DNA from: Clostridiaceae bacterium
Lineage (GTDB): Bacteria > Bacillota > Clostridia > Peptostreptococcales > Tindalliaceae
Reading direction: 5' to 3'
DNA: 64,000 bases
NCBI GenBank assembly: GCA_024635995.1
Contig: JAGXHW010000020.1
Coordinates: forward strand, 4,136 to 68,135
Below the pieces are notes generated by a model. It ran no database searches. It worked only from the letters and a program-made list of their open reading frames with translations, and was not told where the DNA came from. A program made the translations under genes and the position numbers. Within the stretch, counting starts at the first letter, position 1. Each line of letters starts with the position of its first letter. Positions 51,011-60,605 of the stretch are shown piece by piece.

Positions 51011-51595
51011 TCATTTCCTGGACGTGATTACTTCATCAATCAATCCATAGTTTTTCGCTTCTTCAGCTGACATGAAGAAGTCACGGTCAGTGTCTTTTCT
51101 GATTTTTTCCAAGGGTTGTCCTGTGCGTTCTGATAATATTTCATTAATAATGTCACGCATCTTCAAAATGCGGTCGGTATGAATCCGAATGTCTTCAGCC
51201 TGGCCTCGTGTACCACCAAGGGGTTGGTGAATCATGATTTCTGCATTAGGCAACGCAAATCGTTTCCCTTTGGCACCTGCGCCCAGTAAAAAAGCTCCCA
51301 TACTGGCTGCCATGCCAATGCAAATAGTTGACACACTTGGCTTTACATAATTCATCGTGTCATAAATCGCCATACCAGCTGTAATGGAACCACCCGGGCT
51401 GTTAATGTATAATTGAATGTCCTTGTCCGGATCATCGGCTTCAAGAAAAATCAACTGTGCCACGATGAGACCCGCTGTCACATCATTGACATCTTCGTTC
51501 AGCAATATAATTCGATCTTTTAATAATCGGGAATAGATATCGTATGAACGCTCTCCCCTATTGGTTTGTTCAACAACTATCGGCACTAATGACAT
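51011..51595 (-). CDS. clpP: Clp protease proteolytic subunit
   Basis: [28 protein letters not shown]. Confidence 0.98.
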   Translation of the reverse strand: MSLVPIVVEQTNRGERSYDIYSRLLKDRIILLNEDVNDVTAGLIVAQLIFLEADDPDKDIQLYINSPGGSITAGMAIYDTMNYVKPSVSTICIGMAASMGAFLLGAGAKGKRFALPNAEIMIHQPLGGTRGQAEDIRIHTDRILKMRDIINEILSERTGQPLEKIRKDTDRDFFMSAEEAKNYGLIDEVITSRK

Positions 51596-51609
51596 ATCTC
51601 AATCCTCCA

Positions 51610-52941
51610 TTACTCGGTTTCTACCGTTTCCTGTGCCTGCTCTGCTTCTTCCTTTTCTTTTATCGTAGCATTTTCTACGAGAAAATCAATGGTTTTTCTC
51701 AGTGTTACATTGTCGGCAAACACTTTTTTGTCATGCTTGGCTGCGGTTTCCTTGAATTTATCCATTTCCTGGCCATATTGTTTCGCCAGCGCTTCAATTT
51801 CCTGATCAATTTCCTCTTCTGTTGCTGTGATCTCTTCCATTTTTGTGATTTCATCCAGTACCAGCTGATCTTTCACATTTCTTTCAGCGTCTGGCTTCAT
51901 TCGTTCATGCAATTCCTCTTCCGTTGAACCTGTCATTTGATAGTACAGGTCCAGACTAATTCCCTGCGAAGTCATTTGATAGTTGAAATCCTGCATCATA
52001 CGGTCAATCTGACGATCAATGACAGCTACCGGAATATTCACCGCCACTTTTTCCGTCACCGCTTTAATGACATTTGCCCTTAATTCCTGTTCTTCTCTAT
52101 CTTTTGCAGTTGCCTCCTGACGCGTTCTGATATCTGCCTTCAATTCATCCAGTGTGTCAAACTCTGAAACATCTTTAGCAAATTCGTCGTCCAGTTCTGG
52201 CATTTCTTTTTCTTTAATGTCATTAATCTTGACCTTAAACTGTGCTTCCTTACCCGCCAATTCTTCTGCCTGATACTCTTCCGGGAAGGTCACGGTGACG
52301 ACTGACTCCTGTCCAATTTCCAGTCCGATCAGTTGCTCTTCGAAGCCTGGAATAAAACTCGAGGAACCAATCTCAAGTTTTTGGTTTTCGGCTGTGCCAC
52401 CCTGGAAAATCTCATCATCGACACTGCCTTCATAATCAAGCATTACCTGGTCGCCATTTTTAACAGGTCTGTCCTCGATGGTGATGATGCGGGCATTCTT
52501 TTCCTGCATTGCTTTCAATTCTGCCTCCACGGCTTCATCCGCCACAGGATACTCAACTCTTTCTACTTCAACACCTTTGTATCCTTCGACCAACACTTCG
52601 GGCATCACTTCAATATCGGCAATAAAAATCACTTCTTCGCCATTTTCCATTTGTTCAACGTCCACCTGTGGCTGATCAACCGGATCCAGGTTATGTTTTT
52701 CCAATGCCGCTTCATAGGCTTCAGGAAATGAGAAATTGATGGCTTCCTCAAAAAATATTTCCTGGCCATAGTGTAATTCAACTATTTTTCTTGGTGCTTT
52801 TCCTTTTCTAAACCCTGGAATGTTGAACCGGCCTCGCATTTTATGATAAGCCTTATTAACGGCTTCCTCAAATTTTTCCGGACTCACAGCAATTCTTAGT
52901 GAGATTTTGTTATCTTCCTGTTTGATGATTTCTGAGCTCAT
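51610..52941 (-). CDS. tig: Trigger factor
   Basis: IPGFRKGKAP, FIPGFEEQL; ATG at 52941 after AGGAGG. Confidence 0.97.
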   Translation of the reverse strand: MSSEIIKQEDNKISLRIAVSPEKFEEAVNKAYHKMRGRFNIPGFRKGKAPRKIVELHYGQEIFFEEAINFSFPEAYEAALEKHNLDPVDQPQVDVEQMENGEEVIFIADIEVMPEVLVEGYKGVEVERVEYPVADEAVEAELKAMQEKNARIITIEDRPVKNGDQVMLDYEGSVDDEIFQGGTAENQKLEIGSSSFIPGFEEQLIGLEIGQESVVTVTFPEEYQAEELAGKEAQFKVKINDIKEKEMPELDDEFAKDVSEFDTLDELKADIRTRQEATAKDREEQELRANVIKAVTEKVAVNIPVAVIDRQIDRMMQDFNYQMTSQGISLDLYYQMTGSTEEELHERMKPDAERNVKDQLVLDEITKMEEITATEEEIDQEIEALAKQYGQEMDKFKETAAKHDKKVFADNVTLRKTIDFLVENATIKEKEEAEQAQETVETE

Positions 52942-53028
52942 GAATAGCCTCCTAACATGATATTCGATTTTATTTGATTTATGAAAAAAACAACCGGGCA
53001 GCAAAGCTTCCCGATGTTGACTATCCTT

Positions 53029-53057
53029 ATACTACCGGATTTTAGCCATATTGTCAA
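53029..53057 (-). promoter_or_regulatory. SigA promoter of tig-clpP-clpX
   Basis: TTGACA (53057-53052), 17 bp, TAGTAT (53034-53029). Confidence 0.65.
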
Positions 53058-53171
53058 TAAAATCAGTCATAATTATAACCTGCATTTTCACAAGGGGTCA
53101 AGCCGTAAAAACATTCAAAATACTTGCTTTTTTGATGACCGCGATTTGACAGCCAACTATAGGTAATACAA

Positions 53172-54161
53172 TCATGAACTTTCCCTTTCCGTCAGCTCAA
53201 AGTTCAAAACCACTTTGTTGTCATTCACTATTTCTCCTTGCAGGTATTTAGTCAAGAGTCTCATACCAATGGCGCCCATCTCGTACATTGGCTGTCCCAT
53301 GGTTGTCAGCGATGGATACACTTTACCTGACATGTCAATGTTATCAAATCCTACTACTGCAATATCCTGAGGAATCTGAAGGCCTTTTTCAAGAATCGCC
53401 CGCATGGCACCAATAGCCATTTCATCACTGGCCACAAAGATGGCCGTCGGCCGTTCTTCCAGCATCATCAGTTGCCTGGCGCCTTCATACCCACTCTTGA
53501 AACGATAACCACCTTCAACCACCCATTCAGATTTCCAGTTGATGCCAGCCTTTTCCAAAGCTTCCCTGTATCCCTTCAACCGGGCCCTTCCCATCATTGG
53601 GTCTTTCATTTTACCAGTGATCACAGCAACACCTCGATGGCCTTTGTCCAGCAGGTATTCCACAGCCTTCCTGGCAGCAAGGGTGTTGTCAATGGTGACG
53701 GATGGCAGGTCAGGGTGATCTGACCCAATCAAAACCACCGGCATATCTGCCTTCTTCATCTCCCGTGCCAAACGGTCTGTCAGGATATTTCCCATGAAGA
53801 TGAGCCCATCCACCTGTTTTTCTTCCATACCAGAAAAATACTTCAATTCTTTATCATCGTCCAAATCAGTGTTACATAAAAAAATAGTGTATTCATACAT
53901 GTTGGCAACGTCTTCTATGCCTCTGACCACTTCCGGGTAAAACTGGTTGGCAATGTCCGGCACCATGATGCCGATGGATTGGGTGTGTTTGACCTTTAGG
54001 CTTCTGGCAATGGCATTGGGTTTGTATCCCAGCTCCTCAATTGCCATCAGTACTCTTTCCTTGGTTTTGGACTGTACTGGTTTGCTTTGGTTAATGACCC
54101 TTGACACTGTTGAGATTGATACATTGGCTTTTTTCGCCACATCCTTGATGTTAAATTTCAC
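53172..54161 (-). CDS. ccpA: LacI-family regulator, CcpA-like
   Basis: IKDVAKKANVSISTVSRV, YKPNAIARSL, RGIEDVANMY, EKQVDG, DEMAIG resemble CcpA; orthology not proven. Confidence 0.65.
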   Translation of the reverse strand: MKFNIKDVAKKANVSISTVSRVINQSKPVQSKTKERVLMAIEELGYKPNAIARSLKVKHTQSIGIMVPDIANQFYPEVVRGIEDVANMYEYTIFLCNTDLDDDKELKYFSGMEEKQVDGLIFMGNILTDRLAREMKKADMPVVLIGSDHPDLPSVTIDNTLAARKAVEYLLDKGHRGVAVITGKMKDPMMGRARLKGYREALEKAGINWKSEWVVEGGYRFKSGYEGARQLMMLEERPTAIFVASDEMAIGAMRAILEKGLQIPQDIAVVGFDNIDMSGKVYPSLTTMGQPMYEMGAIGMRLLTKYLQGEIVNDNKVVLNFELTERESS

Positions 54162-54219
54162 CTATTTCACCCTTTCTCCGTCTTAGATCATCTGTGCATA
54201 GAAATTTTCTCATGTGTGT

Positions 54220-54705
54220 TTACACCTGCTCACTCTGCCATCCTTTGCAAACGTCAATCCACCCGCTGCTTTGGGAGGCAGTGAACAACTCATCGCATGT
54301 CAATTCCACCGCACTGTTTCCACTTCCGCAAGCAGGATAAACAGTATCAAAACGTTTCATGGATATATCTGTGCACACCTGAATATCTGAATTTTTCAGA
54401 GCAAAGGGACACACCCCGCCAACAGGATGTCCTGTTAACGTTTCAACTTCTTCCGCTGACAACATTTTGGCTTTCATACCAAAGACCGATTTAAATTTTG
54501 TATTGTCTATTTTAGCGTCACCTGCAGTGACAATGAGCAGACAAGTGTCTCCCTGTTTAAAAGACAGTGTTTTAGCAATTCTGGCGGGAATGACCCCCAC
54601 CGCCTCTGCAGCCAGTTCCACGGTGGCGCTGGAATTTTTCATCTCCATTACACCCTTATGCAGACCCCACTGGCTCAAATAATTTCTAACTTCTTCCACT
54701 GACAT
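54220..54705 (-). CDS. YbaK/EbsC-family aminoacyl-tRNA editing protein
   Basis: SSATVELAA, IAKTLSF, GHPVGGVCPF, PACGS. Confidence 0.9.
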   Translation of the reverse strand: MSVEEVRNYLSQWGLHKGVMEMKNSSATVELAAEAVGVIPARIAKTLSFKQGDTCLLIVTAGDAKIDNTKFKSVFGMKAKMLSAEEVETLTGHPVGGVCPFALKNSDIQVCTDISMKRFDTVYPACGSGNSAVELTCDELFTASQSSGWIDVCKGWQSEQV

Positions 54706-54872
54706 AATTTCACATCCTTTTCCAACAGCGATTGTGTTCTATTACCTATTATAGCATTACCCTTACCTTCATCAAAGTATCGGTTCGCTTTTTCATCATC
54801 ACTGTTGGCAACTCTCTGAATGTGTTAGAATAGGGCTAGTGATTTGAATTCGACACAATTCAGGAGGTAACT

Positions 54873-56192
54873 ATGCTTCTGCTGCTGGTTTTTATTGTTA
54901 CATTTGCCATGATCATGTTCAGTTTGCAATTTGATCTGTTTGTGGGTTATGCCTTGTTTGCCGGCTTGCTGCTTTTTAGTTTGCTTGCACTAAAACATGG
55001 GCTGCCTATTAAACATCTCGTCACATTCTGGCGTTCTGGTATTCAAAAGTCCTTATTGGTGATAAAAATCTTTGTGCTGATAGGCTTCTTAACGGCAGCG
55101 TGGATGGCATCCGCCACCGTTCCTGCCATTGTTTATTATAGCTTGCAAATTATTCATCCCAGCTTTTTTTATGTCATTGCTTTTTCCATAAGCTGTCTGG
55201 TGTCGTTTTTAATTGGTACATCCTTTGGAACAGCCAGCACCTTAGGGGTGGCTCTGATGATGCTGGCAAGAAGTGGCCAGGCTCATATCCCTTTGGCTGC
55301 AGGCGCTTTAATTGCAGGCGCCTATTTTGGCGACCGCTTTTCTCCCATGTCATCCAGTGCTAATCTGGTGGCTAATATCACAGCCACCAATCTGTTTACT
55401 AACCTCCGCAACATGGCTCGTTCCATGGCTGTTCCACTCTTTACTTCAGTTGTTCTATACCTTATTTTCTCTTTTCGTTATCCACTTCAGCTAACCGGTA
55501 CAGAGATTGATCGACATATTTTGGCTTCTTTTCAAATTCATCCCCTGGTTTTGCTGCCGGCTTTCGTTATGTTGCTGTTGTCTTTTCTCAAATTGGGTGT
55601 CAAACGCTCCATGACAATGAGTATGTTGACCGCTGTCCTGCTGGCTTTTTTCTACCAGCAGAACTCACCCGGGGAAGTGTTTCGATACCTCATTACAGGT
55701 TTTGCCCTTCCCGTTAATGATCCTCTGCACACCATCATTAAAGGTGGTGGCTTATTGTCGATGGTTCGTCCTTCTTTTATTGTCATGACCTCTTGTGCCT
55801 TGGCAGAGGTCATTCATGGCGCACATTTTCTTGATTCAATTGTCCATTGGTTTACCCGGGCTAAAAGCCGTTTTCAACTCTTCTTTTATACACTGATGGT
55901 AAGCCTTATCACAGGTGCATTCGGCGGCACCCAGGCAGTCTCTGTCATCATGACCGCCCATGTCATGGACGAAGCGTATCATCATGCCTCTGGTATCAGC
56001 AACGAAGATTTGGCTGTGGACATCGAAGACACTGCCATTGTGCTGTCAGCGCTGATTCCCTGGAACATCGCATCAGTTCTGCCAACAACCCTTTTGGAGG
56101 TGGACAGGCTGTCTTTCATACCCTTCGCTTTCTTCCTCTACCTGCTGCCTATGTGGAACCTGTTCAGATACCGTTTAAAATCCAGGGTATAG
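54873..56192 (+). CDS. NhaC-family Na+/H+ antiporter or amino-acid transporter
   Basis: GTSFGT, GAYFGDRFSPMSSSANL, LIPWN. Confidence 0.85.
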   Translation: MLLLLVFIVTFAMIMFSLQFDLFVGYALFAGLLLFSLLALKHGLPIKHLVTFWRSGIQKSLLVIKIFVLIGFLTAAWMASATVPAIVYYSLQIIHPSFFYVIAFSISCLVSFLIGTSFGTASTLGVALMMLARSGQAHIPLAAGALIAGAYFGDRFSPMSSSANLVANITATNLFTNLRNMARSMAVPLFTSVVLYLIFSFRYPLQLTGTEIDRHILASFQIHPLVLLPAFVMLLLSFLKLGVKRSMTMSMLTAVLLAFFYQQNSPGEVFRYLITGFALPVNDPLHTIIKGGGLLSMVRPSFIVMTSCALAEVIHGAHFLDSIVHWFTRAKSRFQLFFYTLMVSLITGAFGGTQAVSVIMTAHVMDEAYHHASGISNEDLAVDIEDTAIVLSALIPWNIASVLPTTLLEVDRLSFIPFAFFLYLLPMWNLFRYRLKSRV

Positions 56193-56270
56193 CCTGAAGT
56201 CCACAAAAAAGCCACAGCTGATCCTATATGGAATCCAGCAATGGCTTTTTTAAATGAACTCACTCTTTTC

Positions 56271-59200
56271 TTACCCTTCAAATTTGGTTAATCGAATACC
56301 CGTTTCGTGCCCATTTAGGTTCTGCACTTCCAGTTTTGCATTGGCTGACATTTCAATACCCAGGGCCAGGGTTTCTTTCATAATATAGTCACGGTGAAGT
56401 TCCACAGCCTTCACAATCTCATCATCGCCTTTAAAATCAATGGTGATTTGGTCCATCACTTCGTATCCGTTATTTTTCCTCATTTGTTGCACTTTCGAAA
56501 CAAATTCCCGTGCTAACCCCTCATAAACCAATTCATCTGTCAGGGTTGTGTCCAGGATCACAAACCGATTGTTTTCCATTTCCACAGTAAACCCTTCTTT
56601 GGCTGAAATGGCGATCATAACCATATCCTTACTAACCTCTGTCGGTTCACCATCCAACTCAAGATTAATCGTTTCACCAGCTTCCAGCTTTGGCGCCACA
56701 TCATTGGCATTAAGTGAGGCCAAGGCTTTTCCCATGGCTTTAATTTTTTTACCCAGCATGGGTCCTGCCGTTTTAAAGTCCGGTTTAAGGTTGAAATTCA
56801 TAAAGTTGTTCAAATCTTTTTCAAACACTACCTCTTTTATATTCAGTTCCTCTTTCAACAGTGGTACCAAATGACTAATATCGCTTTCATACTTTCCATC
56901 AATCAAAATTTTTTGCAGCGGTTGCCGCACTTTAAGCCGGTTCTTTTCCCGTGCAGCTCTTCCCAATGTGACCAGGTCGCGCACCAGGTCCATCTTTGTT
57001 TCAACAGCCTCGTTTTTCAGTGATTGGTTCACTTCCGGCAGGTCTGTCAGATGAACAGATAACTCACCCGTTAAGCTGCGGTATATCTCTTCTGTAATAA
57101 AAGGTGCATAAGACGCAGACAATTTAGATACACCCACAAGAATTTCATAGGTCGTGTTGTAAACCGCTTTTTTGTCATCGTTCAGTTCTGATGCCCAAAA
57201 ACGACGTCGTGCTCTTCTGATGTACCAGTTGGAAAAATCTTCATTAACAAAATCCTGAATTTTTCGAACCGCTCTCGTCAGGTCAAAAACTTCCATTTCT
57301 TTGCGAACTCCTTCAATGAGATGGTTGTATTTGGACAAAATCCAACGGTCCAGTTCTGGTCTTTCGGTTTCAGGAATATGGAAGGTTCTGGGGTCCACCT
57401 CATCTGTGTTGGCGTAGAGTGTAAAGAAGGTGTAGATGTTTTCATAGGTTGAGAAAAATTTGCTTTTTACTTCCTTCAATCCCTCAATGTCGAACCGTGT
57501 AGGGGTCCATGCCGGTGAAGCATACAGGAGGTACCATCGTAATGCATCTGCTCCATATTCGTCAAAGAGTTTGAAGGGATCCACCGTATTCCCTTTGGAT
57601 TTGGACATTTTCTGGCCATCTTTGTCCAATATCAGGTCGTTGACCAACACATTCTTATAGGGTGACACACCTTTGATAAAGGATGAAATGGCGATCAGGG
57701 AGTAAAACCAACCCCTGGTCTGGTCAATGCCTTCACAAATATAGTCTGCAGGAAATAGTTCTTCATCAAAATGTTCACTGTTTTCAAAGGGATAGTGATG
57801 CTGCGCAAAAGGCATGGCTCCACTGTCAAACCAGCAATCGATGACTTCCGGCACCCTGGTCATGGTACCGCCGCATTTCTCGCAGGTCAGATGGACATCA
57901 TCAACATATGGCCGATGAAGCTCAATAGATTCGTCAATGGTTTCCACCGCTCTGGTGACAAGTTCTTCCCTTGATCCAATGGACGTCAGTTCACCACAAT
58001 CGCAATGCCAGATGTTGAGAGGCGTTCCCCAATAACGGTTTCGAGACAGCGCCCAGTCGTTCAGGTTTTCAAGCCAGTTTCCAAATCGCTTTTCCCCCAC
58101 ATAGTCAGGGTACCAATTGACGCTGTTATTATTGGCAATCAGCCTGTCTTTAATGCGCGTCATTTCAATGTACCAACTTGGCTTTCCGTAATACAGCAGG
58201 GGCGTTGAACAACGCCAGCAATGGGGGTAATTGTGGGCCAATTTTTCCTTCTTAAAAAGTTTTCCCTGTTCCCTCAACCATTTCACTATGTCCGGGTCTG
58301 CATCAATGACAAATTGTCCTTCCCAGGGAGTGGCCGTGTATTTACCTTGTTCGTCAACAGGTTGCAGCACAGGAAGTCCGTAAATACGTCCGGTGTTATA
58401 GTCGTCTTCGCCAAAAGCGGGTGCCATGTGAACAATGCCTGTGCCATCCTCTGTGGTAACAAAATCCCCCAGAGTCACATAGAAAGCTTTTTTATCCGGT
58501 TGCACAAAAGGCATCAGCTGCTCATACTCCACATACTCCAGTTCTTTTCCCTTTAATTCCTCCAGCACTTCGTATTCATGACCAATCACTTCGTGAGCCA
58601 GGTCTTTGGCAACGTAGTACACAGTGTCCTGGGCTTTCACTTTCACATAGTCCAAAACTGGGTTCACACACAGCGCCACATTGGAAGCCAGGGTCCAGGG
58701 GGTTGTGGTCCAAACCAGAAAATATTCTTCTGTATCCTTACGCTTAAAGGCAACAGTAACGGTTTCACTCTTGATTTCCTTGTATCCCAGCGATACTTCG
58801 TGGGAAGCCAGACCTGTGCCACAACGGGGACAATAAGGTAAGATTTTATGGCCGTCATAAATCATGCCTTCATCAAAGAATTGTTTTAAGATCCACCACA
58901 CCGATTCAATGTAATTGTTGTCTAATGTAATATAGGGGTTATCCATGTCGATGGCATAACCCATCCGTCTGGTCATTTCCCGCCACTGTTTTTCGTAGGA
59001 AAACACCGACTCCCTGCACTTTTGGTTAAATTCTGCAATACCATAATCATCAATGTCCTGCTTGCTGGACAACTGCAGCTGTTTTTCAACTTCAATTTCC
59101 ACAGGCAATCCATGGGTGTCCCATCCGGCTTTTCGTTTCACCTGCTTGCCAAGCATCGCATGGTAGCGACAGACAGCGTCCTTCAGGGTTCGTGAAATCA

Positions 59201-59378
59201 CATGGTGAATGCCCGGTCGGCCATTGGCTGTGGGTGGGCCTTCATAAAACACAAAGCTGGGTTTACCCTCTCTGTTTTCAATGTTTTTTTCCAGGATGTT
59301 CACATCATCCCAAAAATTGTTTACCTTATTTTCCCGCTCTGCCACGGTCAGTGTGGAGAGTGCTTTAAACTTTTCCAT
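56271..59378 (-). CDS. ileS: Isoleucyl-tRNA synthetase, type 2 (IleRS2)
   Basis: GPPTANGRPGIHH, GWDTHGLP, WTTTPWTL, SRNRYWGTP, EGIDQTRGWF, KMSKS; >1000 aa with an IleRS2-type C-terminus. Confidence 0.96.
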   Translation of the reverse strand: MEKFKALSTLTVAERENKVNNFWDDVNILEKNIENREGKPSFVFYEGPPTANGRPGIHHVISRTLKDAVCRYHAMLGKQVKRKAGWDTHGLPVEIEVEKQLQLSSKQDIDDYGIAEFNQKCRESVFSYEKQWREMTRRMGYAIDMDNPYITLDNNYIESVWWILKQFFDEGMIYDGHKILPYCPRCGTGLASHEVSLGYKEIKSETVTVAFKRKDTEEYFLVWTTTPWTLASNVALCVNPVLDYVKVKAQDTVYYVAKDLAHEVIGHEYEVLEELKGKELEYVEYEQLMPFVQPDKKAFYVTLGDFVTTEDGTGIVHMAPAFGEDDYNTGRIYGLPVLQPVDEQGKYTATPWEGQFVIDADPDIVKWLREQGKLFKKEKLAHNYPHCWRCSTPLLYYGKPSWYIEMTRIKDRLIANNNSVNWYPDYVGEKRFGNWLENLNDWALSRNRYWGTPLNIWHCDCGELTSIGSREELVTRAVETIDESIELHRPYVDDVHLTCEKCGGTMTRVPEVIDCWFDSGAMPFAQHHYPFENSEHFDEELFPADYICEGIDQTRGWFYSLIAISSFIKGVSPYKNVLVNDLILDKDGQKMSKSKGNTVDPFKLFDEYGADALRWYLLYASPAWTPTRFDIEGLKEVKSKFFSTYENIYTFFTLYANTDEVDPRTFHIPETERPELDRWILSKYNHLIEGVRKEMEVFDLTRAVRKIQDFVNEDFSNWYIRRARRRFWASELNDDKKAVYNTTYEILVGVSKLSASYAPFITEEIYRSLTGELSVHLTDLPEVNQSLKNEAVETKMDLVRDLVTLGRAAREKNRLKVRQPLQKILIDGKYESDISHLVPLLKEELNIKEVVFEKDLNNFMNFNLKPDFKTAGPMLGKKIKAMGKALASLNANDVAPKLEAGETINLELDGEPTEVSKDMVMIAISAKEGFTVEMENNRFVILDTTLTDELVYEGLAREFVSKVQQMRKNNGYEVMDQITIDFKGDDEIVKAVELHRDYIMKETLALGIEMSANAKLEVQNLNGHETGIRLTKFEG

Positions 59379-59409
59379 TTTATTCATCCTTTCAACCATT
59401 ACTTTAACA

Positions 59410-59660
59410 ACAAAAAATCCCTGAGCTGATCATCAGCCCAGGGACGGATTTACCGCGGTACCACCCTGCTTACAAATGTTTTCACATCTGTCACTTCATT
59501 ACATCGTAACGCATGTCTGCGGGTAACCCTGCCAGATTCACCCTGGTCAGGCTGCCAGCTTAGAGGTGATTTGCATGCAGCCTTTACATCAATCTTTCAG
59601 CCTTGGATTGACTCTCTTCACTAAAGGTGCTGTCATGCCGTCCTCATCATCGCTTTTTCC
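59410..59660 (-). promoter_or_regulatory. Ile T-box riboswitch leader
   Basis: AGAGAG and GGCTGAAA stem I motifs, specifier ATC (59570-59568), T-box AGGGTGGTACCGCG, terminator TCCCTGGGCTGA-TGA-TCAGCTCAGGGA-TTTTTT. Confidence 0.92.
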
Positions 59661-59734
59661 ATATGGCTCATTATATACCCTATGTCAGGCAGGGTCAAGT
59701 CCGGACCATTTATCCGATGCCCTTAACATCAGCA

Positions 59735-60442
59735 TCACTCAGCCAGGGATAGCGCTATTTCTATCATCTGCCTGAATGTGTTTTGTCGTTCTTCTGCTGA
59801 CGTGAGTTCGTGTGTAACGATGTGATCGCTCACCGTCAAAATGGCCAATGCCTCCACCCCATGTTTTGCTGCCAGTGTGTACAGCTCTGCTGTCTCCATT
59901 TCAACAGCCAGTACATTATAGGAAGCCCATAATTTCCAACCGTTGGGGTCATCCTGGTAGAATGCATCTGAAGTTATGATGTTGCCCACGTGAGGTCTGA
60001 TGTTTATCTCTTCGGCAGCCTTTACAGCCTTAGACAGCAGGTTAAAGCTGGCTGTGGGTGAATAGTTCATGCCTTTAAACCGTACATTATTTACATTGGA
60101 ATCAGTGCAGGCGCCCATACCCAGAATGACATCCCTGATTCCAATTTTTTCCTGCAGTGCACCGCAAGTGCCAATGCGAACAAGTTTTTTTACACCAAAC
60201 TCGCTGATCAGCTCATTGACATAGATCGATATGGAGGGAATTCCCATTCCGGTCCCCTGCACAGATACCCGTTTTCCCTGGTAGGTTCCGGTGTACCCGA
60301 ACATACCTCTTACTTCATTGTATCGAACCGGGTTCTCAAGAAATGTTTCAGCGATCATTTTTGCTCTTAGGGGATCTCCCGGTAATAATACCGTTTCTGC
60401 AACATCTCCCCTGGCGGCTCCAATATGAATGCTCAATGACAC
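59735..60442 (-). CDS. deoD: Purine nucleoside phosphorylase
   Basis: [34 protein letters not shown]. Confidence 0.96.
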   Translation of the reverse strand: MSLSIHIGAARGDVAETVLLPGDPLRAKMIAETFLENPVRYNEVRGMFGYTGTYQGKRVSVQGTGMGIPSISIYVNELISEFGVKKLVRIGTCGALQEKIGIRDVILGMGACTDSNVNNVRFKGMNYSPTASFNLLSKAVKAAEEINIRPHVGNIITSDAFYQDDPNGWKLWASYNVLAVEMETAELYTLAAKHGVEALAILTVSDHIVTHELTSAEERQNTFRQMIEIALSLAE

Positions 60443-60453
60443 TTCCCCCTTTT

Positions 60454-60552
60454 TTAAATCCCTGCCACGGCCGTTATCAGTGCTGCAAAAGTGGACATGA
60501 TCATCATAAAAGCGATGATGATGGCCAGCATCTTTTTAGTTCTCTTATTCAA
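60454..60552 (-). CDS. Small single-pass membrane peptide, 32 aa
   Basis: Not in the ORF track. RBS AGGAG, TTG start; [32 protein letters not shown]. Confidence 0.6.
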   Translation of the reverse strand: MNKRTKKMLAIIIAFMMIMSTFAALITAVAGI

Positions 60553-60605
60553 TTAGCTCACTCCTGTTCACTGTTCGATCAACACGATTGTCATGGCGTA
60601 TTCTA

